A DNA stretch of 64,000 bases from an uncultured Candidatus Peribacteria bacterium (lineage in GTDB: Bacteria; Patescibacteriota; Gracilibacteria; UBA1369; LOWO2-01-FULL-3). Both the position numbers and the translations under genes were made by a program. This document shows, piece after piece, positions 46,565 through 56,166 of the stretch. The notes beneath the pieces are model-generated. The model searched no databases and had not been told where the DNA came from. It saw only the letters and a program-made list of their open reading frames with translations. Location: the NCBI GenBank assembly GCA_964480115.1, contig CAYZOB010000049.1:23712-87711 (forward strand). Reading direction: 5' to 3'. The stretch's first letter is position 1, and each line of letters starts with the position of its first letter.

Positions 46565-47660
46565 ACCGCAACATTTTCATAAAACTAATCTTCATCATCA
46601 TAATTCCTCCAACTCCTGTCAGGAAGAATACCATATTTATGGCCCAGCCAAGATAAGGAATAAGCCCGATCAAATAATAAGCCAGCATCGCTAAAGATAT
46701 CACTCCAAATAATTTTGCTTTGCTATAATTTTTATAATCAAAGAAATATTTAGCCAGCCACGCTGCAGCATAGACCTTTGAAAAAAGGCATATGATTAGC
46801 AAAGCTGCCAGACAAACTATTGCCAGCGGTATACCCACAATGCTCATCAGCAAAAACATCATGGCTGCCACCGTACCAACTATGGTAGCAAGCCCGATTC
46901 CAAAGGATTTCAGCACGGAATTTTTCATCTCATCAGCCACTGTTACCAGGGTCTTTGGCGCTAACAGAACAATTAGCAGTAGGAATATCAGCGACGAGGC
47001 AAAACTAAATAATTTTTTGAACCAATTACCCTGATGCTCAATTTTCGTGAACTTTACAGTTCCCGCAACAACTCCATTTGGAATCTTTGCTGCCAATTTT
47101 GAAGAATAATCCAGATTACCCAAGATTTTTGCCGTAGGAGCCATGTCAATTTTGTCAGTACTGAGCTCGACATTTTTCCCAACATTTCCATTGAAAATCG
47201 TTAAATCCGTCGCACCCTTCAAGCTTCCTTTCACTGCTCCATTAAGTCTTAAAACACCAGCCGTGATCATCAAGTCGCCATTAATCAAAGCGTTTTTCCC
47301 CACATCCACTTCTCCACCAACAGCCAGCAAATCCTCGCCGACTTTACCATATACGGATACTTCACCACCGAATAGACGAATATCTCCAGCAACGTCACCA
47401 ATCACGGTGACTTTGCCTCCAGCCACCACTAAATCCTGCCCCACATCACCATTTATAATTAATGTCCCGCCAGCCACGTACAAATCAGCCGTCACGTCAG
47501 CATCTATGCTGCCATTTCCCGCAATTACATAAGCATCAGACATGATTTTGTCCGGAACCAGAATATTCTCGGCAATTTTAATACTCGCAGCCTGAGACAG
47601 AGGAACGGCAAAAACGCTTATTGCCAAGGCAATAGTAAGAGAAGCAAGGATTTTTTTCAT
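46548..47660 (-). CDS. membrane protein with bactofilin-like (polymer-forming) beta-helix repeats
   Basis: Signal peptide, then repeated G-x-V-x-GD turns (INGDVGQDLVVAGGKVTVIGDVAGDIRLFGGEVSVYGKVGEDL...), then about 4 C-terminal TM helices. Confidence 0.6.
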   Translation of the reverse strand: MKKILASLTIALAISVFAVPLSQAASIKIAENILVPDKIMSDAYVIAGNGSIDADVTADLYVAGGTLIINGDVGQDLVVAGGKVTVIGDVAGDIRLFGGEVSVYGKVGEDLLAVGGEVDVGKNALINGDLMITAGVLRLNGAVKGSLKGATDLTIFNGNVGKNVELSTDKIDMAPTAKILGNLDYSSKLAAKIPNGVVAGTVKFTKIEHQGNWFKKLFSFASSLIFLLLIVLLAPKTLVTVADEMKNSVLKSFGIGLATIVGTVAAMMFLLMSIVGIPLAIVCLAALLIICLFSKVYAAAWLAKYFFDYKNYSKAKLFGVISLAMLAYYLIGLIPYLGWAINMVFFLTGVGGIMMMKISFMKMLRSKKLL

Positions 47661-47714
47661 GGAATTTAGAGGTTAAATACGATGGTAATTCCCACGCATA
47701 ATAACAAAAATTTT

Positions 47715-49160
47715 TCAGCGCGTGAAGTGACAAACACATTCAATATGGAAGGTATGCGGAAACATATCTACCGGCTGAACGGCTCTCACCTGATAGCCAT
47801 ATTCTTTTAACCAGCCCGCATCTCGTGCCAAAGTCGCCGGATTGCAGGAAACATAGATGATTTCCTTGGCGCCAAAATCATTTATTTTTTGAACAATTTT
47901 TTCAGTGAGTCCGGCGCGTGGAGGATCTACCACGATCAAACTCGGCCTTTCTCTGACATTTTTCAAAACTTTGCCCACATCTCCGGTAAAAAAATCTATA
48001 TTGAAAATTTTATTTTTGCGCGCATTTTCTCTGGCCGATTGCACCGCCTGTTCATTCAGCTCTATCCCCAAAACCTGCTCTACATGTTTTGCTAAAAACA
48101 AACCGATTGTTCCGGTTCCGCAGAAAAGATCGAAAATCATTTTATGGCTCTGCTGTAAAGCAAATTTTAGCACTTGGCTATACAGAATTTCCGCCTGCAA
48201 AGTATTCACCTGGAAAAAGGCCTGAGGAAGAATGTCGAACATCAGTGTATCACTATTTGTCAGCAACATTTTTTCGGTAATATATGATTGACCATGGAAA
48301 AGTTTTTCTTTGATTTGCTTTGGTGCACCGCCGCGATTAATTATTTTTGACCAATAAATAGAGGTTATTTTTTTATTGCTGCCGCCTGGAGTTGCCTCAC
48401 TCTTTACCTCCAAAATTTTCTCCACCATTTCCTCAAAATCTTTTTCAAAATTTTCGGGAATATTTTCGGAAGTTGTAATATTAATCATTACCTCGCCGGT
48501 TCTTCGCGCCTCTCTTATAAATAATGCCTTCAGTAAGCCCTCATTCTTCATCACATGAGACGGTTTCCAGTTTTTACTTATTGCAAAATCACGAATGAAA
48601 TTAACCAAATTAGCCGAAAATTCCGACTGCAAATGACATTCCTTCAAGTCCAAAATATCAAACCTCCTTTCCGGCAAATGCATGCCCAATGCAAATTGCA
48701 TATTCTGATCATAGCCAAAAGAAAATTCCATTTTGTTACGATAGTAGTAATGGTCTGCCGAGCCCAGAATTTCCTCCACCGGAGGATTATAAATTTTGCC
48801 AATTCTTTCAAACGCATCTATTATCTGCTGTTTTTTTAAATCCAATTGTTTTTCGTAGGGCATAAATTGGAGCTGGCAGCCACCACAAACGCCGAAATAT
48901 TTGCACCGCGCTTTTACTCTGTCTGGAGAAGGCGTGATTACTTCGACCAATTTTGCTTCACAGAAATTACTTTTTATTTTAGTAAAAGCTGCTTTCACAA
49001 TATCGCCGGGCATTGTTTTTTCTACGAAAACCGTAAGGCCTGCCCGTCCTACGTCTACCCGGTGCCGTGAGGCATGGTCTTCATATTTACCAATTCCGGC
49101 TCCCCCAAAGGCTAAAGTGGTAATGGAAATTTCTACAATCTGCCCCTTTTTCAGTTGCAT
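47715..49160 (-). CDS. rlmD: 23S rRNA (uracil-5-)-methyltransferase RlmD/RumA family
   Basis: TRAM-like N-terminus, Fe-S Cys cluster (C..FGVCGGCQLQ), SAM fold (DLFCGTGTIG) and DPPRAG. Confidence 0.88.
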   Translation of the reverse strand: MQLKKGQIVEISITTLAFGGAGIGKYEDHASRHRVDVGRAGLTVFVEKTMPGDIVKAAFTKIKSNFCEAKLVEVITPSPDRVKARCKYFGVCGGCQLQFMPYEKQLDLKKQQIIDAFERIGKIYNPPVEEILGSADHYYYRNKMEFSFGYDQNMQFALGMHLPERRFDILDLKECHLQSEFSANLVNFIRDFAISKNWKPSHVMKNEGLLKALFIREARRTGEVMINITTSENIPENFEKDFEEMVEKILEVKSEATPGGSNKKITSIYWSKIINRGGAPKQIKEKLFHGQSYITEKMLLTNSDTLMFDILPQAFFQVNTLQAEILYSQVLKFALQQSHKMIFDLFCGTGTIGLFLAKHVEQVLGIELNEQAVQSARENARKNKIFNIDFFTGDVGKVLKNVRERPSLIVVDPPRAGLTEKIVQKINDFGAKEIIYVSCNPATLARDAGWLKEYGYQVRAVQPVDMFPHTFHIECVCHFTR

Positions 49161-49266
49161 AATAATGCTCTTACAATTCGGTGGGTTTGCATCACCGGGA
49201 GAATTTTTAGCACGCTAAAGTCACGTTGGCAAGAATTAAATCGAACACCACCCTGACTTTTTGAAA

Positions 49267-50088
49267 TTAGAGGTCTACACGTTCCCGGGAACGGATTTGT
49301 TCTTCTGTATCTTTTACTTTATTCGCAGCCAAACTGACAACTTCTTCACCAACACTACCCGCTTCTACCTCCCCCTCCGGCAATTTTTTCATATCAAAAT
49401 ACCCGGCTTTATCTTCTTTGACGGCATAATCCAATTCCGGAAATACCTCTTTGAAAAACCCGAAAGCTTCCTCTTTTTCCGTGTCGGTTCCAAGTCCGGA
49501 CATATAATTTTTATCATATCTCTGGTAAATTTTTTCAAATTTCCCCTTATAGTAAAGCTCATATATTTTCTCCGTACCGGCCTTTACGTCACCATTTTTA
49601 TCAAATCGTCTGGCGAATTCTCCGAAATTTTCTACCGCCTTTTCGTAAACATGTTCAGCTCCATCATTACCAAAAAATAAATGTACAAAGCCCTCTACAA
49701 CAGCTTCATTCGTGATTTTTTTGTTTTTATGAGCTAATTCATGAGCAATTACATGAGCTAATCTCAGCGCCGGATGCATCAACATCACTGGGTCAATATA
49801 AGTACCCTTTTCTGTAGATTCACCCACCATGTTCCCGTGAAACTGCCTAAATTGAATGTCATTCAAATCTATTTTCAGAGTTTTGCCAAAATTTTCTTTA
49901 ACCAATTTCAGGGCTTCCTGAAGATTTGCGTAAGCCTTTTCCGGATTCAACTCCTGACCGGCCAAATCTACCTTCTTATTTTTACTCCCCAACCCTTTTG
50001 GTTTTAATGCTTTCAAGGCATTTTTAGCGGTTATTGTATTTACCGCGTCAACAATATGACTACCATCCGGTCCGGCTTCATTATTCAT
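49267..50088 (-). CDS. hypothetical protein with HExxH zinc-metalloprotease-like motif
   Basis: AHVIAHELAHKNKK is followed by EGFVHLFFG. No signal peptide. Confidence 0.5.
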   Translation of the reverse strand: MNNEAGPDGSHIVDAVNTITAKNALKALKPKGLGSKNKKVDLAGQELNPEKAYANLQEALKLVKENFGKTLKIDLNDIQFRQFHGNMVGESTEKGTYIDPVMLMHPALRLAHVIAHELAHKNKKITNEAVVEGFVHLFFGNDGAEHVYEKAVENFGEFARRFDKNGDVKAGTEKIYELYYKGKFEKIYQRYDKNYMSGLGTDTEKEEAFGFFKEVFPELDYAVKEDKAGYFDMKKLPEGEVEAGSVGEEVVSLAANKVKDTEEQIRSRERVDL

Positions 50089-50220
50089 ATTTTATTTTTA
50101 ATCAGATAATTATATCACGAAACTCGGATTCAATAAAGCAATTGCAGGAGTTATGGCAATTTTACAGATCAAGGAGTGCGCCCGGGCGCACTCTTCCGTT
50201 AAAGCCAAAATTCATTATTT

Positions 50221-52332
50221 CTACCCTCCGAAATTCTCCTTGAAAAACCACTTGATGACATTCCAGTCATCATTCATCGGCAATAGAGTATAGACATGAT
50301 TTTCGCCCTGACAGCCCGGATCGGGCTTAGAGGCTATTACAGCGGCTTCAACTAATTTATCACAATCTTCCTGGGTTATATATGGTGGCACATATAGTAC
50401 GTTACTTGAAGACATGACATTGTTGGAAACAATCTTGTAGTTCTGATATCTGAAGTAATACGCCAGCGCTTCTTCCAGCGTAATATCCGTCTCCGTTTTA
50501 GAAAGCACTGTTTTAGCAATCTGATAAATTGTATCCGCGTCTCCAAAGCCGAAATTTCTGGCCTTATCCTGCAAAGCTTCCAGAATTTTTTGCTGTCTTT
50601 CAGCTCTGGCAAAATCCGAAGAAGTATGGCGACTGCGAGCTAATCTCAAGGCCTGCACTCCACTCAAATGATAATCACCCGGTGCATAATGCAAAGTACC
50701 TTCCTTGCCATCATCCACCACGCGATATGTCGGATCAATGACCGCATCATCCAAATGCACATCAACTCCACCAATTAAATCAAATACCTCAATAAAGGCA
50801 TACATATCTATTTTTATGTATTTATCCAGACGATAACCGGTAATTTCACTCAGCACTTTTTTTAATTCCGGCATGGTATACAGCACCGCAAAGGCATTAA
50901 TTTTTCGCCCATTATAAAAAAGATCTCGCGGAATGCTGATCATTCTTATTTCTTTTTTTCCATCATTGATATGGACAAAAATCATTGTATCAACCAAACC
51001 TGAATTGGAACCTGAGATCAAAATGTTGAAATCATCTTTCTCACTAAAAGAGGCTTTACCATAATTCGGAATCTGCTTGGGGATCGCTAAAGTTTTTTTT
51101 TTATCCTCCGCCTGAAAGTAGAGAAGGTTTTGCGGATTCGTGCCATTAGGCTCCACTATATTTACCACTCCGGTCGCTTTTTCTATCACTATGGAATTGA
51201 GGACTTTTCCGTTACCATCAAGAATGTCGTAAAAAACTCTGCTACCGTTACCATCTGTCCTCGGCTGCTCCGAAATTTTCAATCCAACCTGATTCAAGAG
51301 TAGTTTAAAACCCTTATCATTTAACATATTTTGCATATCCCTCAGAGCTACGTCGGCCTTTTTCTCAATAAAAGTTTTTGTATCTAATTTTTCCAGGAAT
51401 GGTGGCAAGGCTGTAGCGATATCGGTAACCGTTAAAGCTACTTTTTTGTCGTTTTTATCCACCAAAGACATTTCCAGAGTTTTACTGTCCAGCACGATTT
51501 CTCCAATCAACTCATCGGTTTTATTATAGACCGAATAGGTTATTTTTAGATCTCTATCGATAAATTTATCATCCATTTTTAAAGCTAATTTTGTCACCAC
51601 ATCTCTTGTTGTTTTTGAATTTATAGCAATGCTTATCTCGTTTTGCTTTGCGCGTAAATTTTCAGCCCGCTCTATTAATTGTTTCTTTTGATTTTGCAAA
51701 AAATCGGTAGCCCCGGCTTCAAACTTCTGGAAATTTTCATACTTGCCCTCCTGCTTAGAAAGCGCATTTTTTAGGTAAAATTTACCGTCATCCTTCGATA
51801 GATAATAGGTAATCAGACTGCCGCTTTTTGCATCAACAATTTCCAGCGAAACACCGCTCGCCGTGTCATTTATTTTTGACAGACTTAAATTCTGGCCGGT
51901 CAAGAAAATCTTGAAATTTTCAGATTTTGCCAATTCGTTTAAATAGCCGGTATAAGCAGCCACCTTAGCCTCGCGCAGCCGCTGATTGCCAACATAATTT
52001 ACATAATTAAATAGAGCCAATTGCAGAGCATTCGTATTTACATCGGGATCTTCCACCTCTTTTTCAATTTCAAAACCTGCATAGCTGGATTTTGGCATTC
52101 TCAAAAAATTCCGCACCTCATTAAGATCATTGCCAATTTTGCCATAAAATTCCTTCACCTCTCCAATTTCCCGAATCAATGAACTGTCATTATTTTGTGA
52201 AGTCGAAAAAGTTCTAACAGCTCTTTGAGTCTGGATGAATTGAGCAAGTACCATTATCAAAATGGCTAATACGAGCATATTTCTAAGTGCAAAAAGCTTT
52301 TTCAGCTTATTCTTCAAGTTTTCTTTGGTCAT
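50221..52332 (-). CDS. LytR-CpsA-Psr (LCP) family cell-envelope transferase with a long N-terminal ectodomain
   Basis: The C-terminal region (LVDTMIFVHIN...IRMISIPRDL...LRLARSRH) matches the LCP core. There is one N-terminal TM. The ATG at 52332 is preferred over the ORF start at 52377. Confidence 0.8.
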   Translation of the reverse strand: MTKENLKNKLKKLFALRNMLVLAILIMVLAQFIQTQRAVRTFSTSQNNDSSLIREIGEVKEFYGKIGNDLNEVRNFLRMPKSSYAGFEIEKEVEDPDVNTNALQLALFNYVNYVGNQRLREAKVAAYTGYLNELAKSENFKIFLTGQNLSLSKINDTASGVSLEIVDAKSGSLITYYLSKDDGKFYLKNALSKQEGKYENFQKFEAGATDFLQNQKKQLIERAENLRAKQNEISIAINSKTTRDVVTKLALKMDDKFIDRDLKITYSVYNKTDELIGEIVLDSKTLEMSLVDKNDKKVALTVTDIATALPPFLEKLDTKTFIEKKADVALRDMQNMLNDKGFKLLLNQVGLKISEQPRTDGNGSRVFYDILDGNGKVLNSIVIEKATGVVNIVEPNGTNPQNLLYFQAEDKKKTLAIPKQIPNYGKASFSEKDDFNILISGSNSGLVDTMIFVHINDGKKEIRMISIPRDLFYNGRKINAFAVLYTMPELKKVLSEITGYRLDKYIKIDMYAFIEVFDLIGGVDVHLDDAVIDPTYRVVDDGKEGTLHYAPGDYHLSGVQALRLARSRHTSSDFARAERQQKILEALQDKARNFGFGDADTIYQIAKTVLSKTETDITLEEALAYYFRYQNYKIVSNNVMSSSNVLYVPPYITQEDCDKLVEAAVIASKPDPGCQGENHVYTLLPMNDDWNVIKWFFKENFGG

Positions 52333-52443
52333 ATTTTTGAGGTGTGAGCCAACCCATACTATTTTAAAACACCCCACCTGGCAAATGAAAGTCCTTGCAA
52401 TTTGTGAAAGGCTTGGTTAAATTTGTGTGGCACTTATTCAGAT

Positions 52444-52518
52444 GCGGGTGTCGTATAATGGCTATTACTATAGCCTTCCAAGCTGTAGATAGGGGTTCGA
52501 TTCCCCTCACCCGCTCCA
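52444..52518 (+). tRNA. tRNA-Gly (anticodon UCC), CCA encoded
   Basis: Hand-folded cloverleaf. Acceptor stem GCGGGTG/CACCCGC, anticodon stem ATAGC/GCTGT with loop CT-TCC-AA, T arm AGGGG-TTCGATT-CCCCT, discriminator T, then CCA. Confidence 0.9.
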
Positions 52519-52539
52519 GATATTTTTAACCCCAACTCT

Positions 52540-53154
52540 ATGTCATTTTTAGACAATCTCGACTGGCGCAATGCCGAAAAGAATTTCGATCCTTCCAGGA
52601 AAATTTCCGACGGAGATCTTTCCAAAATTATTCATGCCATAAAAATGGCTCCCAGCTCATTTGGAATGCAGCCCTACCACATTTACATAATAAGTGATCA
52701 GGCTACCAAGCTAAAACTAAAGGAGAAAGGATATAGTCAGCAGCAATATGAGGATTCTTCCCATACTCTGGTTTTCTGCGGACGCAATGATCTTACCGAT
52801 AGAGTAAACAAATATTTTGAAATGGCTACCGGCGGCGACGCGGAAAAACGCAAATCCATGGTGGATTACGAAAACATGATGCAAGGATTCGCCAAAAGTA
52901 AAAATCCCGATGATGGCATGATTTGGGCTTACAAACAAGCTTACATTGCCCTTGGCTTCGGTTTGGCTGCTTGTGCCGAACTCAAAATTGATTCCTGTCC
53001 GATGGAAGGTTTCGATCCGGCCGGCTTTGGTGAAATTCTAAATTTGCCTGCAAACATGAAAGCTGTGGCTACATTATCGATTGGCTATAGAAAAGATGTT
53101 CCTCATATGAACAAGGTTCGTTTCTCCGATGAAGATTTATTCACCAGAATTTAA
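52540..53154 (+). CDS. nitroreductase-family (FMN) oxidoreductase
   Basis: RRNAEKNFD-like start (WRNAEKNFD), PSSFGMQPY and a C-terminal CPMEGF motif. Confidence 0.8.
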   Translation: MSFLDNLDWRNAEKNFDPSRKISDGDLSKIIHAIKMAPSSFGMQPYHIYIISDQATKLKLKEKGYSQQQYEDSSHTLVFCGRNDLTDRVNKYFEMATGGDAEKRKSMVDYENMMQGFAKSKNPDDGMIWAYKQAYIALGFGLAACAELKIDSCPMEGFDPAGFGEILNLPANMKAVATLSIGYRKDVPHMNKVRFSDEDLFTRI

Positions 53155-53954
53155 TCTTTTCGGCGACCTGTCACGAATCCCGCAAATGACTCCATGTCAC
53201 TATCGATGTGCATGCGTCCTATTTCATATTGGCTCAAAGAAGGGGAGTGATATTGGGTATGTTTTACAGTGGTGGCTGTCAGATAGCCCAATTTAGGCAA
53301 TGCGTCTATTGTTAATTGGGAATAAGAACCGCCGGGATAAGCCAAATGCTTCACGGTAATTCCCAGTTTTTTCTCCAATACAGCCTTGCTTTTTCTTAAT
53401 TCCAGCTCGGTTTGTGCCTCATTTGAAATACCCAGACTGGGATGATGAACAGTATGAGACCCTATATCCATGCCATCTTTTACCATTTCTTTCAGCATCT
53501 CCCAGGTCACATAACTTTCTCCTTCAATTGAATTGGTAATAACATAAAAAGTTGCGTTAAAACCATATTTTTTCAATACCGGAAAAGCGTTGGTATATTG
53601 ATCCCGATCCCCATCATCAAAAGTCAAAACCACAGGCCTGGGCGGTAAAAGCTCCTCTTCATAAACACCCCGATAAAACCTATCCAGCGAAATTACATTA
53701 TAGTTATTCACCTTCAGCCAAGCCATTTGTTGTTCAAAAATATCCGGCGAAACATAATACGGACTATTCCGAATTTTTGGCGCCACATGATGGTACATGA
53801 GTATGGGAGCATAAATCAGACCTTCTTTGTAAATTGGATCTGCCGGTAAATTCGTGTCGGTCAGAGCCTGAGGCTGCTGCGTAACGCCAATCGTATAAGT
53901 AATCGCCCCCACCAAAATGGGAATAATCAATTTGTACAAACCCAAGTAGCTCAT
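53151..53954 (-). CDS. polysaccharide deacetylase (NodB homology domain)
   Basis: LTFDDGDRD, FNATFYV and GSHTVHHPSL motifs. N-terminal TM. Confidence 0.85.
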   Translation of the reverse strand: MSYLGLYKLIIPILVGAITYTIGVTQQPQALTDTNLPADPIYKEGLIYAPILMYHHVAPKIRNSPYYVSPDIFEQQMAWLKVNNYNVISLDRFYRGVYEEELLPPRPVVLTFDDGDRDQYTNAFPVLKKYGFNATFYVITNSIEGESYVTWEMLKEMVKDGMDIGSHTVHHPSLGISNEAQTELELRKSKAVLEKKLGITVKHLAYPGGSYSQLTIDALPKLGYLTATTVKHTQYHSPSLSQYEIGRMHIDSDMESFAGFVTGRRKD

Positions 53955-54011
53955 GTATCAATTATTCATAGTTGAAATCTAAAAGCAAATTTTCCACTTA
54001 ACCATACCATT

Positions 54012-54725
54012 ATGAGAACGACAATTATTATTATCCTGATTGGCGGTCTGTGGCTTCTCTCGATTTCCGTAGCTAATGAAAATGAGGAAATTATTATGCC
54101 GGACATCGACCGGGCTATAGTCATTGCCCCGACTAATGAATCAAAAGTGCCACCTAATACGGTATTGCTTGATGTGCCCTTCACCTCACAGGCTCCCTTC
54201 GCCAACTGGAGCATGCCTTACCAGGAGGCTTGCGAGGAAGCCGCATTGATAATGGCCAGGGCATATCTGGAAAATCACAATTTAAATCCTGAATCAATGG
54301 ATAAACAGATTTTGGCAATGGTTGAATGGGAAAAACTTAACAAATATCCCATTGATTTAGACATAAAAGAAGTAGCGGAAATTGCCAAGTCCCTGTACAA
54401 CTTCAAAAGTGAAATTTATTACGACCGGGACGTAAGTATCGAAAACATCAAAAAAATTCTCGCTCTCGGCCATCCCATAATTATTCCCGCCGCCGGACAG
54501 TTGCTTGGCAATCCTAATTTCACCGGCGCCGGTCCCGCATATCATATGCTGGTGATTGTCGGCTACGACGAAAATAATTTCATTACCAATGATCCAGGCA
54601 CACGCCACGGCAAAAATTACAGATACTCCTACGGTACTCTTCTGAATGCCATTCACGACTGGAATGGCTCAAAAAACACAATTAAAAAAGGTCGTAAAGC
54701 CATGTTGATTCTAACCTCCACCTAA
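54012..54725 (+). CDS. C39-like peptidase domain protein (exported)
   Basis: N-terminal TM or signal. FTSQAPFANWSMPYQEACEEAALIMA contains the catalytic-Cys-like context of Peptidase_C39_2. A downstream HMLVIVGYD supplies His. Confidence 0.6.
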   Translation: MRTTIIIILIGGLWLLSISVANENEEIIMPDIDRAIVIAPTNESKVPPNTVLLDVPFTSQAPFANWSMPYQEACEEAALIMARAYLENHNLNPESMDKQILAMVEWEKLNKYPIDLDIKEVAEIAKSLYNFKSEIYYDRDVSIENIKKILALGHPIIIPAAGQLLGNPNFTGAGPAYHMLVIVGYDENNFITNDPGTRHGKNYRYSYGTLLNAIHDWNGSKNTIKKGRKAMLILTST

Positions 54726-56132
54726 TTATTCAAAATCAATTTCTATTTCCTCTCCATATTTTGGCACATAGACATCTTTGTAGCCATTATCATGAAGGGC
54801 AATTGTAAAAGCCTCGAGCTGGGTTTGCTCACCGTGCACGAGGAAAATACGCTTCAAACCTTCTACACGCCCAATATAATCCAACAAGTCACTTCTATCC
54901 GCATGAGCAGAGAAAGCGTCCATAACATACACGCTGGCTTTCACTCTTTTTGGTTCACCGAAAATATTCACCGTTTTGAATCCGTCAACCAATTTTCTAC
55001 CCAAAGTGTCTGCAGCTTGATAGCCCACAATTAAAACTGTATTTCTGGGATTTTCAATGTTATTGCGCAAATGGTGAAGTACCCTGCCATGCTCACACAT
55101 TCCCGAAGCGGCAATTATAATCATCGGTCCGGTCTTGGTGTTGAGAGTTTTGGATTCTTCAGAATCACGCACGTATTTCAAATTACCAAAACCAAAAGGA
55201 TTTTCCCCATGTTCAATAAATTCATTGTAAATCTTTTTATCAAAACACTCCGCATGAGCCCGAAAAACTTCCGTTACATTACCGGAAAGTGGGCTGTCTA
55301 CATAAACCGGAATCTCAGGAATTTTCTCTTTTTTTCGCAAAATATTCAAATAATAAACAATTTCCTGTGCTCTTTCCAAAGCAAACGATGGAATAATCAA
55401 TTTACCACCTTTTTTACACACTTCATTCACCACCGTAGCCAAATCATCTTCCACCGAATCAATATTGGCATGCAGACGATTACCGTAGGTACATTCACTT
55501 ATCAAAATATCGGCAGGAGGAATCGGCTGCGGATCGCGCAAAATCGGCAATCCTCTTCTGCCCAAATCTCCGGTAAAACAGAGACGCAAATATTTTTTCT
55601 TTTTCTTGTCATAAAAAATCATGTGCACAAGAGCCGAGCCTAAAATATGACCGGCATCATAGAATGAAGCCACCACGCCCTCGTCCACCACGAAACTTTG
55701 TTCATAACCAACTCCTCGAAAAAGCTTCAAGGTATCTTCCGCATCCTCCAGACCATACAAAGCCTCAGGCACTTCCCCTTTTGCTATTTTTCTATGCTTT
55801 TTCAGCCATTCCACTTCACGTTCCTGGATCATTGCGCTATCGGCCAGCATGTAATTACACAAATCGCGCGTGGCATGCGTACAATATATTGGCCCTTTAT
55901 ATCCATTCTTCACCAAAATCGGCAAATCACCGCTATGATCCATGTGCGCATGTGAAAGAATCACCACGTCGACTTCTTTCGGATCAAACTTTAAATGACG
56001 ATTTTTTTCGTCACATTCTTTACGTCTGCCCTGGAATAAACCACAATCAAGAAGAATTTGGCGGCCATTAAAAGTGATCAAATGCTTGGATCCTGTCACT
56101 TCTCCTGCCGCACCTGCAAATTTTATTTTCAT
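54726..56132 (-). CDS. MBL-fold beta-CASP ribonuclease/hydrolase
   Basis: HAHMDHSG (HxHxDH), a beta-CASP insertion and a C-terminal FSAHAD / VHGE motif series. Confidence 0.85.
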   Translation of the reverse strand: MKIKFAGAAGEVTGSKHLITFNGRQILLDCGLFQGRRKECDEKNRHLKFDPKEVDVVILSHAHMDHSGDLPILVKNGYKGPIYCTHATRDLCNYMLADSAMIQEREVEWLKKHRKIAKGEVPEALYGLEDAEDTLKLFRGVGYEQSFVVDEGVVASFYDAGHILGSALVHMIFYDKKKKKYLRLCFTGDLGRRGLPILRDPQPIPPADILISECTYGNRLHANIDSVEDDLATVVNEVCKKGGKLIIPSFALERAQEIVYYLNILRKKEKIPEIPVYVDSPLSGNVTEVFRAHAECFDKKIYNEFIEHGENPFGFGNLKYVRDSEESKTLNTKTGPMIIIAASGMCEHGRVLHHLRNNIENPRNTVLIVGYQAADTLGRKLVDGFKTVNIFGEPKRVKASVYVMDAFSAHADRSDLLDYIGRVEGLKRIFLVHGEQTQLEAFTIALHDNGYKDVYVPKYGEEIEIDFE

Positions 56133-56166
56133 GGAAAATGTTATTTTGCCTGATTATAGCAGCTTG

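Noticed and set aside
52434-52625. 63-aa minus-strand ORF.
   Set aside because: It overlaps the tRNA-Gly gene and the nitroreductase start, so it is an antisense artefact.
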